From NCBI GenBank assembly GCA_963749495.1, contig CAVVMW010000004.1:224001-288000 (forward strand): a DNA stretch of 64,000 bases. Reading direction: 5' to 3'. Of the stretch, positions 42,129 through 53,355 are shown piece by piece. The DNA is from an uncultured bacterium. GTDB taxonomy: Bacteria; Verrucomicrobiota; Verrucomicrobiia; Limisphaerales; UBA8199. Made by a program: the position numbers and the translations under genes. Under the pieces are notes generated by a model that was not told the DNA's origin, searched no databases, and worked only from the letters and a program-made list of their open reading frames with translations. Positions within the stretch are counted from its first letter, which is position 1. Each line of letters starts with the position of its first letter.

Positions 42129-43442
42129 TCAAAATTCACTCCAACTCATGACCACGTAGCCTCCTCCGCTGCCCGCGTTGGCCAGGTGTTCGTCATAGTG
42201 GACCGCCCCGCTGTTGCTGAGCGCGATGGTTCTGGCGGTGAAGCCGCCGGAAGCGCCTGCCGCCCCGCTGAAAGCAAGCGCAGCTTCGGGCGCGCAGATG
42301 GTTCCAATGAAAGCGCCGCTGTTGGCGCAGGTGATGCTAGTGCAGCCGGGCATGCCATAGATGGCACACTGGCTGGCCGACTGGGTGCCGTTGACAACAC
42401 CCGCGCCTGAAATGCTGACGCTCCCATTCACATACAGGGTTAGAGAGGCGCCAGGGGCGATGTAAATATACGCGCTGTTGCCTGTACTGAAGCTCCCGTT
42501 GACGTAGAGGGTGGTGTTGCCGGTGACAGCCATCCTCTGAATTCCGGAGAGGCTAAGGCTGGCCATATTGTAATTTCCCGTCCCGAGCAGGTAGTTATAG
42601 TTGGTGCCGCCATAACCATAACTTCCGCTGGAGGGGGTCGTTCCGCTGCCATAGGTGAAGGGCGCGGCCGCGTTGTTGAATTGGACGTTGGCGTCGTCGG
42701 CGAAGTATCCGGGGTCAACGCCCGTGTGGCTGGCATCCCAGGCAGCAGTTCCCACCGCGGTGACGCCGCTGAACGTCACCGTCCCGCCCGGGCCGGTGGT
42801 TACCGACCCGTAAATCATTGCGCTGCCAGCAAGGCTCACGGCCCCGGCCGCGCCCGAATCGGTCAGCGCCAGGGCGTTGGCCTTGCGCTTGCTCGCTACG
42901 TACAGGCCGTTGGCGCTGTAATTCGGGTCCGAGGAGTCAAAACTGTCGAGGTAGGCCGCGCCGCTGATGGTGATCGACCCTATGGCGTTCAATCCCCCCG
43001 GAGTCACGGCCTGCTGCTGCGTGACGACCTTCACCCGCCGGCTGAGATAGTTGGTGCTTGTCGCGGTCGAGACATACAGCACTGGAACGAAACCCGTGGA
43101 AATTATCACGGGGTTGATGGCGGACTGGATGCTCGCGTTGAAGTAACTGCCGTCACTGAAGGCCCGGGCCTTGTGGTACAGTCCGTCCGTGCCGTGCGTC
43201 CAACTGTTGGAAGTCAGCAACGAGATGTTGGTCCCGGCATAATGCAGTTGCGTCAGCGCCTCCTCAAGCCCGCTTTCCAGGACGGGAATCGCCTGGTTCC
43301 ATCTCTGCGACCGCGCCACCGAGGCGTTGATCTGGTTGGCCAGGGTCAGATAGCTGGTCAAAATCATGGCGATGATGAATATCGTCGCCAAAGTCACGAC
43401 CAGCACGATGCCGCGGGGCCGATGACAGGTTTTAATCTTCAT
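42129..43442 (-). CDS. PilX-like pilin-associated protein with S/G/T-rich beta domain
   Basis: RGIVLVVTL N-terminus, ESGLEEAL, DSFDS, F.G.I.APEA, VHYDE. Confidence 0.75.
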   Translation of the reverse strand: MKIKTCHRPRGIVLVVTLATIFIIAMILTSYLTLANQINASVARSQRWNQAIPVLESGLEEALTQLHYAGTNISLLTSNSWTHGTDGLYHKARAFSDGSYFNASIQSAINPVIISTGFVPVLYVSTATSTNYLSRRVKVVTQQQAVTPGGLNAIGSITISGAAYLDSFDSSDPNYSANGLYVASKRKANALALTDSGAAGAVSLAGSAMIYGSVTTGPGGTVTFSGVTAVGTAAWDASHTGVDPGYFADDANVQFNNAAAPFTYGSGTTPSSGSYGYGGTNYNYLLGTGNYNMASLSLSGIQRMAVTGNTTLYVNGSFSTGNSAYIYIAPGASLTLYVNGSVSISGAGVVNGTQSASQCAIYGMPGCTSITCANSGAFIGTICAPEAALAFSGAAGASGGFTARTIALSNSGAVHYDEHLANAGSGGGYVVMSWSEF

Positions 43443-43492
43443 AACGGGTAGTTCTTCGGGGCGCTATAACCGGGCTTCAAGCTCGTAAGCCG

Positions 43493-45817
43493 TCATTGTG
43501 CCCTGGCCTCTGATTCAACCGGGGCCTCATTCAGGCGCTGAAGATCCGCCAACAGGCCCTCGCGATCGGTCTTGGAAGTAATCGAATACGCATGCCCGGC
43601 CAAGCGTTGCCGATCCTCCTCGTTGAGCGCGATGCCCGTGTGGATCAACACGGGAATCTTTTCGGTTGCGCGGTCGTTGCGAAGTCGCTCGACAACTTGA
43701 ATCCCGTCATATTCGGGCATACTCAGGTCGAGAACGATGACGTCGGGATGGCAACGAGCGGCCAATTCAATGGCTTTGGCGCCGTCGTGTGCCTGAACTA
43801 CCTGGAACCCTTTGTACAGCAGTGTCTTGGCCAGCAATTCCGACACGGCTGGCTCATCATCGACGACCAACACCGTTTTGACTTCTTTGCCGGCGGACGT
43901 GCGCGTTTGGCGAATCGCATCGATGAGACGGGGCCACGCTTGCTGAGGAGCCGCGCATTGGTTCGGGAATAAACGGAATCCGAGCCCCTCCGTCTGCCGT
44001 GATCGAGAACAAAACTAAAGGCATTGTGCCCGGGATGCGGGAGCGCAAGTCGCGCAACTCTCGCCGGTCGCAGCCACTGACCGCCTGATCGTCTATTGCA
44101 ACGGCATAGGGCCGTTTGCGCTTGGAGGTCGTGGCCAGGCTCTCGAGGTCGGCAACAACTGCCAGGCCATAGCCAGCGCCGGCAAGATGGTCCACGGCCG
44201 CCGCTTGTTTCGCCGCATCGGCTGTCACCACCACCACCAGCGGTCTGAGCACAAGCTCAGGTTCCTGCTCTTGCCCCGGCAAAGGGGCAGGCTTGGGTTG
44301 GGGCTTTGGCAGCGGGAGCAGGAAACTGAACCTCGAGCCTTTGCCTTCGACACCCTCGCTTTCGACCCAGAATCCGGCCCCCGTGCAGTTCGATCAGCCT
44401 CTTGGTTAAGGCCAATCCCAACCCGGTGCCTTGCTGCTGCCGCCCATAGGAAGAGTCCACTTGCTCAAACTCAAGAAAGACCCGCTCATGGTCCCGCGGG
44501 TGAATGCCAATGCCCGTGTCGGCCACAATCACCTTAAGACATTGGCCCGAGAAAGCGAACAGAGGCTCGAGCCCGGGATGCGCCTTTGGGTCGGTCTCGG
44601 GCGTCACCATGACGCTGGCCTTTCCCCCCTCGGGGGTGAATTTTATGGCGTTGCTGAGCAGGTTGTACATGATCTGCTTGAACTTCGCCTCGTCGGCCGA
44701 CACCTCAGAAAGGCAGGGCGCCACCTGCACTTCGAGGGTGATTCCTTTTTTATTGGCCAGCGTCTTCACGATGGCCTGCACGTTTGCCAACGCATTGGCG
44801 GCGCTGAACGAAGTCCGGGTGAGTTCCAGGCGGCCAGCCTCGACCTTCGAAAGATCCAGGATATCATTGATCAGTTGGAGGAGGTGTCGGCCACTGGCAA
44901 GGACGTTGTTGACGTGCTTGGACTGCCGGTCATTCAGATCACCAAACGTCTTGTCGATGAGAATCTCCGAGAAGCCAATAATGGCGTTGAGCGGAGTGCG
45001 CAGCTCGTGGCTCATATTGGCCAGGAACTGCGACTTGGCCTGGCTCGCCATCTCCGCGGCCTCCTTCGCGTGCCGAAGCTCGGCAGTGCGCTCGACAACC
45101 TTGTGCTCCAGGGACCGGCTATATTCACCGATCTGCGCCAGCATCTGGTTGAAGGTGTCCGTCAGCACTCCCATCTCATCATCGCCGAGCCGCGCGGCGC
45201 GCCGCGAGTAGTCCTTGTCGCTGGCCACGGCGGCGGCCGTCTTGGAGAGCTGCAGTATCGGCTCCGAGATGATGCGCTGGAGCTTGCGTGAGAGCAGGAA
45301 GGCGATGCCGGCCGAGGCCAGCAGCATGCCCAGGAGGATGGCCAGGTAATGGCGGACCCGGCTGTAGAGCTGCCGCATGTCCGATTGCAGTACCACGGTC
45401 CCGATGACCTCCCCCTTTAGGATGACCCTGAGGCTGAAGTCCAGCCGCCCCCGGCTGAACACGGCGCCCTCCTTCGCGGGCTCGGTGGCCGCGAAGTCTG
45501 GCTGCGCCCCCGGTCGGGAGTAGGTGGCGAACAGGGTGCCCTTGTGGTAGATGCATGCGCCTACGATGTGGGGTTCGTGGCTCAGCCCGCCGAGCAGACT
45601 CACGGGCGGCGGCTGCGTCGTCGAAGCTCAGAGCCGCCGTGCTCAGGCCGGCGATGATCTTCCCCTGGGCGCTGAGGTCCGTGACCATGGCTCTCCTGAA
45701 GACGCCGACCTCGTAGGCAACCTGCATGGCACAGGTGAGCACCAGGGCCGTGCTGCAGGTGACCATCGTGATCACCATCAGCTTCTGCTTGATCGGGATG
45801 TTGCGGAGCCAGTTCAT
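43493..45817 (-). CDS. Hybrid sensor kinase: periplasmic (CHASE8-like)-HAMP-HisKA-HATPase-REC; three frameshifts (~45600, ~44370, ~43985)
   Basis: TM segments, [39 protein letters not shown], terminal REC; continuity shown by paralog 50113-53355. Confidence 0.85.
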
Positions 45818-46434
45818 TGTTCGTTTGTTCGTTCGGCTTCGATTCGTGCAATGGCCAGGAGCTTGGAGCTGAGCTTCAGCCCTGCCTCCCCGGCCGCCGT
45901 CGGGTTGATCTCCAGCTTGACGCTGCCGTTTAGGACGACGAGGTTGATCATGCCGCCATCCTGAGCGAACCCCTTGGTCTCGCTGACCGTCACCACGGGC
46001 TGGGCCTTGAGGCTGGCCAGCAGCGGCCGTATGCGCTCCTTTTCGGAGCGGCTGATGAACACCATGTGGCATGCCGCGGCCTCGGCGGCGGTGGATACGG
46101 CGCGGCTGACCAGCCTATGGCCGTTGATTGTCCGGTCCTTGATCGTCTCGTCGAGCAGGGTGCCGAAGGGGTTGGCGCCAAATATGCCGATCACCAGTGG
46201 CGAATCTGTCTCCCCCAGCTTCGCCGCAGGCCACTCGATGAACTTGGCGAAGTTGAACAGGAAGACGGCCTTGACCTGGTACTCCGAGGGCCCTGGATCG
46301 TCAGCCCCGGCGCGGCGCTCCCCTGAGAGCAGCGCGAGCAGCAGTATCCACCGCAGGCAGCATGTTGCCCAGCGGTTCGCTGCCCCCGCTGGCCTGGCGC
46401 CGGTGCTGCGGCTATGGTGGGCGATGTGATGCAT
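45814..46434 (-). CDS. YfiR family periplasmic protein
   Basis: EYQVKAVFLFNFAKFIEWP...CHMVFIS...GGMINL...LSSKLL.IA. Confidence 0.9.
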   Translation of the reverse strand: MHHIAHHSRSTGARPAGAANRWATCCLRWILLLALLSGERRAGADDPGPSEYQVKAVFLFNFAKFIEWPAAKLGETDSPLVIGIFGANPFGTLLDETIKDRTINGHRLVSRAVSTAAEAAACHMVFISRSEKERIRPLLASLKAQPVVTVSETKGFAQDGGMINLVVLNGSVKLEINPTAAGEAGLKLSSKLLAIARIEAERTNEQ

Positions 46435-46438
46435 CCCT

Positions 46439-48462
46439 CTAGAACCGGTAAGTGAGCTTGATGCGGAAGTTGCGGCCATCCTGGCGGATGGAGTTCTGCC
46501 GGAAGTCGCTGCTGACTGGGTCGGAGTAGTGCTGGTCGAACAGGTTGTAGATGCTCGCCGATGCCTCCAGGCCCTTCACGAGATCGAGGCTGAGCAGCGT
46601 GGCGTTGACCAGGCTATAGCCGCCGACGGTGCTGCCACTTCCGGTTAGGCGAGAGCTCAGGCCGAGCACCTCGATGTTCAGAAAGATCTTCTCATGCCAG
46701 AGGGGTGCCGTAAGGTTCAGCTTGGCTACGTGCTCCGGAGAGTTACTGAGGCGCTGGCCGGTGCTTGCGTCCCTCGCGTCCGCATAGGTGTAGCTCGCGC
46801 GGGTGCGCCACCCATGCCCCCAGCGCCCATCCAGCTCGGCCTCTCCACCGAGCGATGTCGCGGAATCCATATTCCCGAAGACTGAGGTCCCGGCTGCGTT
46901 GGTCCCGAAGCTTATGAGGTCATGGATGTCGTTATAGAAGACCGAGCCGGTCCATCGCACCTGCGGGATGATGGTCTGCTCATAGACCAGCTCGTAGGAG
47001 CGGATGGTCTCGGGCCTAAGCTGGGTGTTGGACGCGTACCCCGGGGCTACGTAATACATCTCGTAGGCGGTGGGGGCGCGGAAGGCCTGCCCGTAGATCG
47101 CTTTGAACACGGAGTTGGTCCATGGTTTGTAGATGAGCGCCGCCCGCGGGTTGAGGCTGTCGCCGAAGAAGGAGAAGTAGTCGTAGCGCCCCCCGACATT
47201 GAGGATGACGTTGTTCAGGATGCTGTACCTCATCCTGCGCATAGAGGCCCACGGTGTAGGCGGGCATGTTGGTGCTGATATAGGGGGCCGGCGGGGCCAC
47301 GTCGAAGTTCATCTGGTCGAGCACGAAGTCGCGGCGGCATTCGATCCCGCCCGTGAGCCGGTGCCGGTCGAGGAGCACCTTCGTGACCTGGACCTCGCCG
47401 CCCATCAACTGCTGGTCGCTCCGATCGCAGTTCATCGTGATCACCCCTGGGTACCGCGGGTCGCCGTAGCCATACTCGGGTTCCGGGAAGTTGCCCCCGT
47501 AGTGGTATTGGTCGTAATAGAGGCGGGCGGAGACTTGCCATTCATCCTCGAACTCGTGCTGGTACTTCAGACTCGGCGAAGGCCCGCTCGTCCAGGAGGC
47601 AGTTGCGGGGATCGTCGAAGACTGTCCCGTAGGCCGCCGTTGGGAGCGTCTTGGTGCGCTGCACGAATCCCCCCTCAAGCGAGAAGTCCCGGAAACTGAG
47701 GGTCGCGAAGGCGCTGCCCCCGCGGCTCGAGTCGATGTTGTCCGCATATCCGTGATTGATCTGGGAGAACTCGGGATAATGGAGGCGGTCGCGGCCATCG
47801 CTTCCGAAGTAGGTGCCCGATGCCTCCAGCGCCAGGCCGTTTTTGAAGCGCTTTCCGTAGCTGAGGCGCCCGGTCGCCGTGTTGTAGCTGGCATAGGCGC
47901 CGGCCGCCTCGACCCCGCGAAGCCCCCGCCGGGTGATCACGTTGATGATGGCTAGGAACGCGTTGTCCCCGTACAGCGAGGACCCCGGGCCGCGGATGAC
48001 CTCAACCCGCTCGATGAGGTCCACGTCCAGAAGGAACTCCGTCCCGTTGAAGGCCTGGTCATAGATGGCGTCGTTTATTCGATGCCCATCGATCATGATT
48101 AGGATGTCCCCTCCGTAATCCCCCGGGCGGTTGAACCCGCGCACGCCGATGTAGGAGTATGACCGGTCGGAGGTCGTGTAGAATCCGCGCACGCTGTTCA
48201 GGATCTCTGTGAGGGTGCGGTACCCCGACTTCTTGATTTCGTCCGCGGTCACGATGCTGACCGAGGCGGGCGCATCGCTGGTATCCTGCTCGTGCTTGGA
48301 GGCGCCGTAGACCGTCTCCACCTTGATGCTGGACAGCTCCTCCAGGCTCATGGACGCGAGGGCGCTTTGATCGGGCCTGGCTGCCTCCGGCGGGGCCTGG
48401 GCCGAGATGCCCTCCACCGCCATCGTGAGCAGGATTACAACGCTGCGCGCCGTTCTTTTCAT
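46439..48462 (-). CDS. TonB-dependent receptor (frameshifts near 47570 and 47230)
   Basis: MSLEEL..I.V..ASK, plug IERVEVIRGPGSSLYG, AFRAP, YNLFD..Y, terminal TYRF. Confidence 0.9.
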
Positions 48463-48587
48463 GGCAGAAACTCGGCCGCAGCCAAACCGTCTTCCGCGCT
48501 CTCCCCCTCGAATCCCTTGAGCCGCAATCCGTCCCGACAAATCCGCAACATGAGCGGATCATCATCCACCAATAAGATTCGTTTCAT
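48459..48587 (-). pseudogene. Truncated receiver domain (42 aa)
   Basis: MKRILLVDDDPLMLRICRDGLRLKGF...AEDGL..; stop overlaps TonB receptor ATG. Confidence 0.65.
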
Positions 48588-48612
48588 AGACAAAGGGGAG
48601 TCCCTCAGGGCG

Positions 48613-49689
48613 CTATAACCCAGCTTCGAGCTCGTAAGCCGTCACTCTGGCCCGGCCTCTGATGTTGAAGGTTTCCCTTCGTTGGAAACGGTATCAATGT
48701 TGCAGCCGCTCATAGGTCGCTTGACTGACGATAATGCTTCCGGCCTCGCCTACTGCTGCCAGGTGCCAGGCGAGATTGACTGTGTCGCCCCAAAGATCGT
48801 AGGCAAACTTCTTGCGTCCGATTACCCCTGCCACAATCGGGCCCGTGCCGATCCCGATGCGGACGCGGAGGGAAGTGCTATACTCGCAGTTAAGCCGGCC
48901 AATCTCGGCGGTCAAGTCAGAGGCTAGTTCGGCCATGGCTTCGGCATGGTCCGGCCGCGGGATGGCAATCCCGCCGGCCGCCATATATGCGTCGCCGACG
49001 GTCTTGATGGTTTCCAGCCCGTGCTTCTGGACCAAGATGTCGAACGCAGAGAAGATTTCGTTTAACAACCAAACCACCTGCTGCGCGCCAATGTGAGATG
49101 ACAGGGTCGAAAAACCAACCAGGTCGGCCACAAGCACTGTAACATCCGAGTGCTGGTCGGCGATGCTTCCCTCTCCCGCTTTCATTCGTTGGGCGATGGA
49201 TTTGGGGAGGAGGTTCAGCAGCAAACGCTCGGATTTGTCCTGTTCCGCCTTCAGTTGGTCAAACAGGTGCTTTGTGTAAACGGCATTGCGGACTCGCAAG
49301 GTCAAGTCCTGCAAATCAACCGGCTTGTTCAGAAAATCGTTCGCGCCGGCCGCGATGCCGGTCATCCGCTCCTTGCGTTCGGACAGTGCGGTGACCATCA
49401 ACACCGGGATGGGCGCCGTCTTGGGGTCATTCTTTAGGCGCCGGCAGACTTCGAACCCGTCAACTCCGGGCATCATCACGTCGAGCAGGATTGCGTCGGG
49501 AAGACGTGCGGCAACCTGCTGAAGCGCCTGGTCTCCATTCGCGGCTTCCGCGATTTCATAGCCCCGTGCCTCCAATGGGTCCCGCAACAACATTCGATTT
49601 TGCTCTTCGTCATCGACGATGAGGACGAACCCGCGATGGGGCTTTAGCGGAACTGGAACGGGAGCGGAGTTTGCGATTTTAGTTTCCAT
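48613..49689 (-). CDS. REC + class III adenylate/guanylate cyclase; internal TGA at 48694-48696
   Basis: LLLNLLP..IA, ADLVGFS, IKTVGDAYM, KFAYDLWGDTVN; frame continues past TGA as YRFQRRETFNIRGRARVTAYEL. Confidence 0.9.
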
Positions 49690-50116
49690 GCTCGGTTAGA
49701 GATGGCTGCGTTCTGGTTGTCTGTGAGCGTGCCGCCTCAATAAAACGCAGCACGCGGGCGGCGAATGTCCGCGTGTCAATCGGTTTCGCCAGGTATCCAT
49801 CACAGCCCGCGTTCAACGCGCTTTCCTCATCTCCTTTCATAGCGTGCGCCGTGAGCGCAATGACTGGCAAATGCCCGGTGGCCGCGCCGGCTCTGAGGGC
49901 TTTGGTGGCCGCCAATCCATCCATCCCGGGCAAACTTAGGTCCATCAGGATAACGTCCGGCAACACCTTGTGTGCCAACCGGAGCCCTTCTTCAGCCGTT
50001 CGCGCCTGCCAAACCAGGTCGCCCCTGGCCTCCAAGAGATCGGTTACCAACTCGAGGTTGAGCGGATTGTCCTCGACCACCAATACTTTATTTCTCGATG
50101 GAGTATTCATATTCAT
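49679..50116 (-). CDS. Single-domain response regulator (DivK/CheY-like)
   Basis: VVEDN, LMDLSLPGMDG, ALTAHAMKGD, KP. Confidence 0.92.
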   Translation of the reverse strand: MNMNTPSRNKVLVVEDNPLNLELVTDLLEARGDLVWQARTAEEGLRLAHKVLPDVILMDLSLPGMDGLAATKALRAGAATGHLPVIALTAHAMKGDEESALNAGCDGYLAKPIDTRTFAARVLRFIEAARSQTTRTQPSLTEHGN

Positions 50117-53100
50117 GTTGCAATCTCATCAGGGGGCGCTTCGTTGAGCCGTTGCAGGTCTGCGAGCAGGCTCTCGCGGTCCATTTTGGAGGTAATCGAA
50201 TACACATGGCTGGCCAACCGTTGCCGCTCCTCCTCGTCGAGCGCAATGCCCGTGTGGATCAAAACGGGAATCTTTTCGGTTGCGCGGCCGTTGCGCAGTC
50301 GTTCGACAACTTGAATCCCGTCATATTCGGGCATATTGAGGTCGAGAACGATTGCGTCGGGATGGCAACGGGTGGCCAATTCAAGGCCTTTGGAGCCGTC
50401 GTATGCCTGAATTACCTGGAACCCTTTGTAGAGCAGTGTCTTGGCCAGCAATTCCGACAAGGCAGGCTCATCATCAACGATCAACACCGTTTTGACTTCT
50501 TTGCCGCTGGACTTATGCGTTTGGCGAATAGCATCGATCAGACGAGGCCGCGCCTGCTGAGGAGCCGCGCATTGTTCCGGGAATAAACGGAATCCGAGTG
50601 CTCCGTCTGGCGTGATCGAGAACAAAACCAAAGGCATTGTGGCCGGGACGCGGGAGCGCAAGTCGCGCAACTCCTGCCGGTCGCAGCCAGTGAGCACCTG
50701 ATCGTCTATTGCGACGGCATAGGGCCGGTTGCGCTTTGAGGTGGTCGCCAGGCCCTCGATGTCGGCAATAACTGTCAGGCCATAACCAGCGCCGGTAAGA
50801 TACTCTCCGAGCACCGCCTGTTTCCGGGCATCGGTTGTCACTGCCACGACCTGCGGTCTGAGCACAAGCTCAGGTTCCCGCTCTTGCCCCGGCAAACGTG
50901 CAGGCTTGGGTTGCGTCTTAGACAGCGGGAGCAGGAAACTGAACCTGGAGCCTTGGCCTTCGACACCCTCGCTTTCGACCCAGATCCGGCCCCCGTGCAG
51001 TTCGATCAGCCTCTTGGTTAAGGCCAATCCCAACCCGGTGCCTTGCTGCTGCCGGCCATAGGAAGAGTCCACTTGCTCAAACTCGAGAAAGACCCGCTCA
51101 TGGTCCCGCGGGTGAATGCCAATGCCCGTGTCGGCCACGATCACCTTAAGGCATTGGCCCGAGAAAGCGAACAGAGGCTCGAGCCCGGGACGCGCCTTTG
51201 GGTCGGTCTCGCGCGCCACCCGTACGCTGACCTTTCCCCGCTCGGGGGTGAATTTTAGGGCGTTGCTGAGCAGGTTGTACATGATCTGCTTGAACTTCGC
51301 CTCGTCGGCCAGCACCGCATCGAGGCCTGGGGCCACCTCCACTTCGAAGGTAATTTCCTTTTTATTGGCCAACGTTTTTATTACGGCCAGCACGTTTGCC
51401 AACGCATTGGCGGCGCTGAACGAAGTCCGGGTCAGTTCCAGGCGGCCGGCCTCGACCTTCGAGAGATCCAGGATATCATTGATCAGTTGGAGGAGGTGGC
51501 GGCCACTGGCAAGGACGTTGTTGACGTACTTGGACTGCCGATCATTGAGATCACCAAACGTCTTGTCGGCGAGAATCTCCGAGAAGCCAATAACAGCGTT
51601 GAGCGGGGTGCGCAGCTCGTGGCTCATATTGGCCAGGAATTGGCTCTTGGCCCGGTTGGCGGCCTCGGCCGCGCCTTTCGCATGTTGGAGGGCCTGCTCG
51701 GCCCGTTTCCGTTGGCTGATTTCTGAGAGCACACCGTCCGCGCACAGCACACCGTCTCGCATCCGGGCCTCCGGCGCCCGCTGTTGCAGCCATATCCAGT
51801 GCCCGTCACTCCCGCGAAAGCGGTACTGTATGTCCAAGGGCTCCCCATGTTCGAAGAGCTTCTGGTAGGCCAGTTCCAGGCTGGGGATATCGTCAGGGTG
51901 AGTGTGCTCACGCCACCATGCCGCGCCGGCCGGGAGAACCTGCTCACGCGTGGAGCCAATTATTCTCTTCACGTTATCGCTGACGTACGTCAGTTCCCGT
52001 TTCGCATTCATGGTCCACACGACGTCGGGGATGTTCGCGACGAGCGAGCGGTACTTTTCCTCGCTCGTCCGCAAGGCCTGCTCGGTTTGCTTGCGTTGCG
52101 TGATATCCTGAATGACCGCTTGGAATTCGGGGGCGTCACCGTTTTCCGGAAACAGGCGCCGGACGGTATATTGTTGCCACAACACCCGGCCATCAGGTTC
52201 GATCACTTTATGATCGAATGACACTGTGGGCTGTTGCCGGGGCAAAGCGCGAAAATAGCTTAACGGAACGGCCCGATCTTCCGCGGCCAGCGTTTGCAGG
52301 AAATCGGTGCCTTGAAGCTCTTCCCAGGTTTTGCCCCGGAAGCGACAGTAGGCCGCGTTGACGAACGTGAGCTCACCGTTGGGCTTGAACCGGCAAATCA
52401 GGTCCGTTTGGTCTTCCACAATCGCGCGATAGCGTTTCGCACTTGCTCTCACGGCTTTTTCCGCCCGCCGCCGTTCCGCCGCCGCCGCGGCCAAGAGCAT
52501 ATTCGTGACCGCAAGCACACCGATGTAGGTGCCCATGAGCATCAAGCTTTCCCGGACGGCGGAGGTCACAAACGGCCCGCGCCGGCCCAAAAGCGAATGG
52601 ATCGCCAACGCGCTCACCAGCAGTGTGCCCGTAGTTGCCCCGCGCTGGCCGAAACGCAAGGCCCCCCAGACCAGGAAGGGGAAGGGCAAGTAAGCCAGCG
52701 GATACGTCTGAATCCCATAGACGAACCAGGAGTGGAACGAGATCAGGGTCCCGGCCGCCAAACCCGCCCCGCAAATGGCCGCCTCCAGGATCAGGCGCAG
52801 ATGCCACCGGAGCGCCGAGGGCGTTGCCCAGGTGATGATGAACGGGGCGACCACCAGAGCCGCCAGGGCATTCGGCACCCACCACTCCGGAACGCTCGGG
52901 AATAGATTCGGCCAGGGCATCGTGCCGGCGTAGGCAAGACTTACGACGTTAAAGGCCGCGTTGACAGTAGTCCCAAGAAAGCAGGCCAGCCCAATGAACC
53001 CAACCGCGTCGCGCGTGCGCTCCATCGCGTTGTCAAAGGCGACGAGCCTTTTCAGAAGGAAAGCGCAAACGATGGCGCCCATAGTGTTGCCGATGGCAGT

Positions 53101-53355
53101 GCCGAGCGTGAAAAAGCCCAAGGGCATTCCGTTCATCAATGAAAACAGGACGGCTCCCAGCGCCACGCCCGGCCAGAAACGATAACCAAACAACAAGATG
53201 GCGGCCAGCGCGATGCCGGCGGGCGGCCAGACCAGGGCGACACTGCCCGAGAGGAATGATGCCTCTTTGCCGAGCAGTCCTCCCAGGAAGTAAAGGGCAG
53301 TGAGGATGACGACACGGGTGACCGTTGTCAGTTTCTGGTTTCCATTACATTTCAT
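50113..53355 (-). CDS. Hybrid sensor kinase MASE1-PAS-PAS-HisKA-HATPase-REC
   Basis: WPPAGIALA multi-TM MASE1, two PAS domains, MSHELRTPL, terminal REC. Confidence 0.92.
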   Translation of the reverse strand: MKCNGNQKLTTVTRVVILTALYFLGGLLGKEASFLSGSVALVWPPAGIALAAILLFGYRFWPGVALGAVLFSLMNGMPLGFFTLGTAIGNTMGAIVCAFLLKRLVAFDNAMERTRDAVGFIGLACFLGTTVNAAFNVVSLAYAGTMPWPNLFPSVPEWWVPNALAALVVAPFIITWATPSALRWHLRLILEAAICGAGLAAGTLISFHSWFVYGIQTYPLAYLPFPFLVWGALRFGQRGATTGTLLVSALAIHSLLGRRGPFVTSAVRESLMLMGTYIGVLAVTNMLLAAAAAERRRAEKAVRASAKRYRAIVEDQTDLICRFKPNGELTFVNAAYCRFRGKTWEELQGTDFLQTLAAEDRAVPLSYFRALPRQQPTVSFDHKVIEPDGRVLWQQYTVRRLFPENGDAPEFQAVIQDITQRKQTEQALRTSEEKYRSLVANIPDVVWTMNAKRELTYVSDNVKRIIGSTREQVLPAGAAWWREHTHPDDIPSLELAYQKLFEHGEPLDIQYRFRGSDGHWIWLQQRAPEARMRDGVLCADGVLSEISQRKRAEQALQHAKGAAEAANRAKSQFLANMSHELRTPLNAVIGFSEILADKTFGDLNDRQSKYVNNVLASGRHLLQLINDILDLSKVEAGRLELTRTSFSAANALANVLAVIKTLANKKEITFEVEVAPGLDAVLADEAKFKQIMYNLLSNALKFTPERGKVSVRVARETDPKARPGLEPLFAFSGQCLKVIVADTGIGIHPRDHERVFLEFEQVDSSYGRQQQGTGLGLALTKRLIELHGGRIWVESEGVEGQGSRFSFLLPLSKTQPKPARLPGQEREPELVLRPQVVAVTTDARKQAVLGEYLTGAGYGLTVIADIEGLATTSKRNRPYAVAIDDQVLTGCDRQELRDLRSRVPATMPLVLFSITPDGALGFRLFPEQCAAPQQARPRLIDAIRQTHKSSGKEVKTVLIVDDEPALSELLAKTLLYKGFQVIQAYDGSKGLELATRCHPDAIVLDLNMPEYDGIQVVERLRNGRATEKIPVLIHTGIALDEEERQRLASHVYSITSKMDRESLLADLQRLNEAPPDEIAT

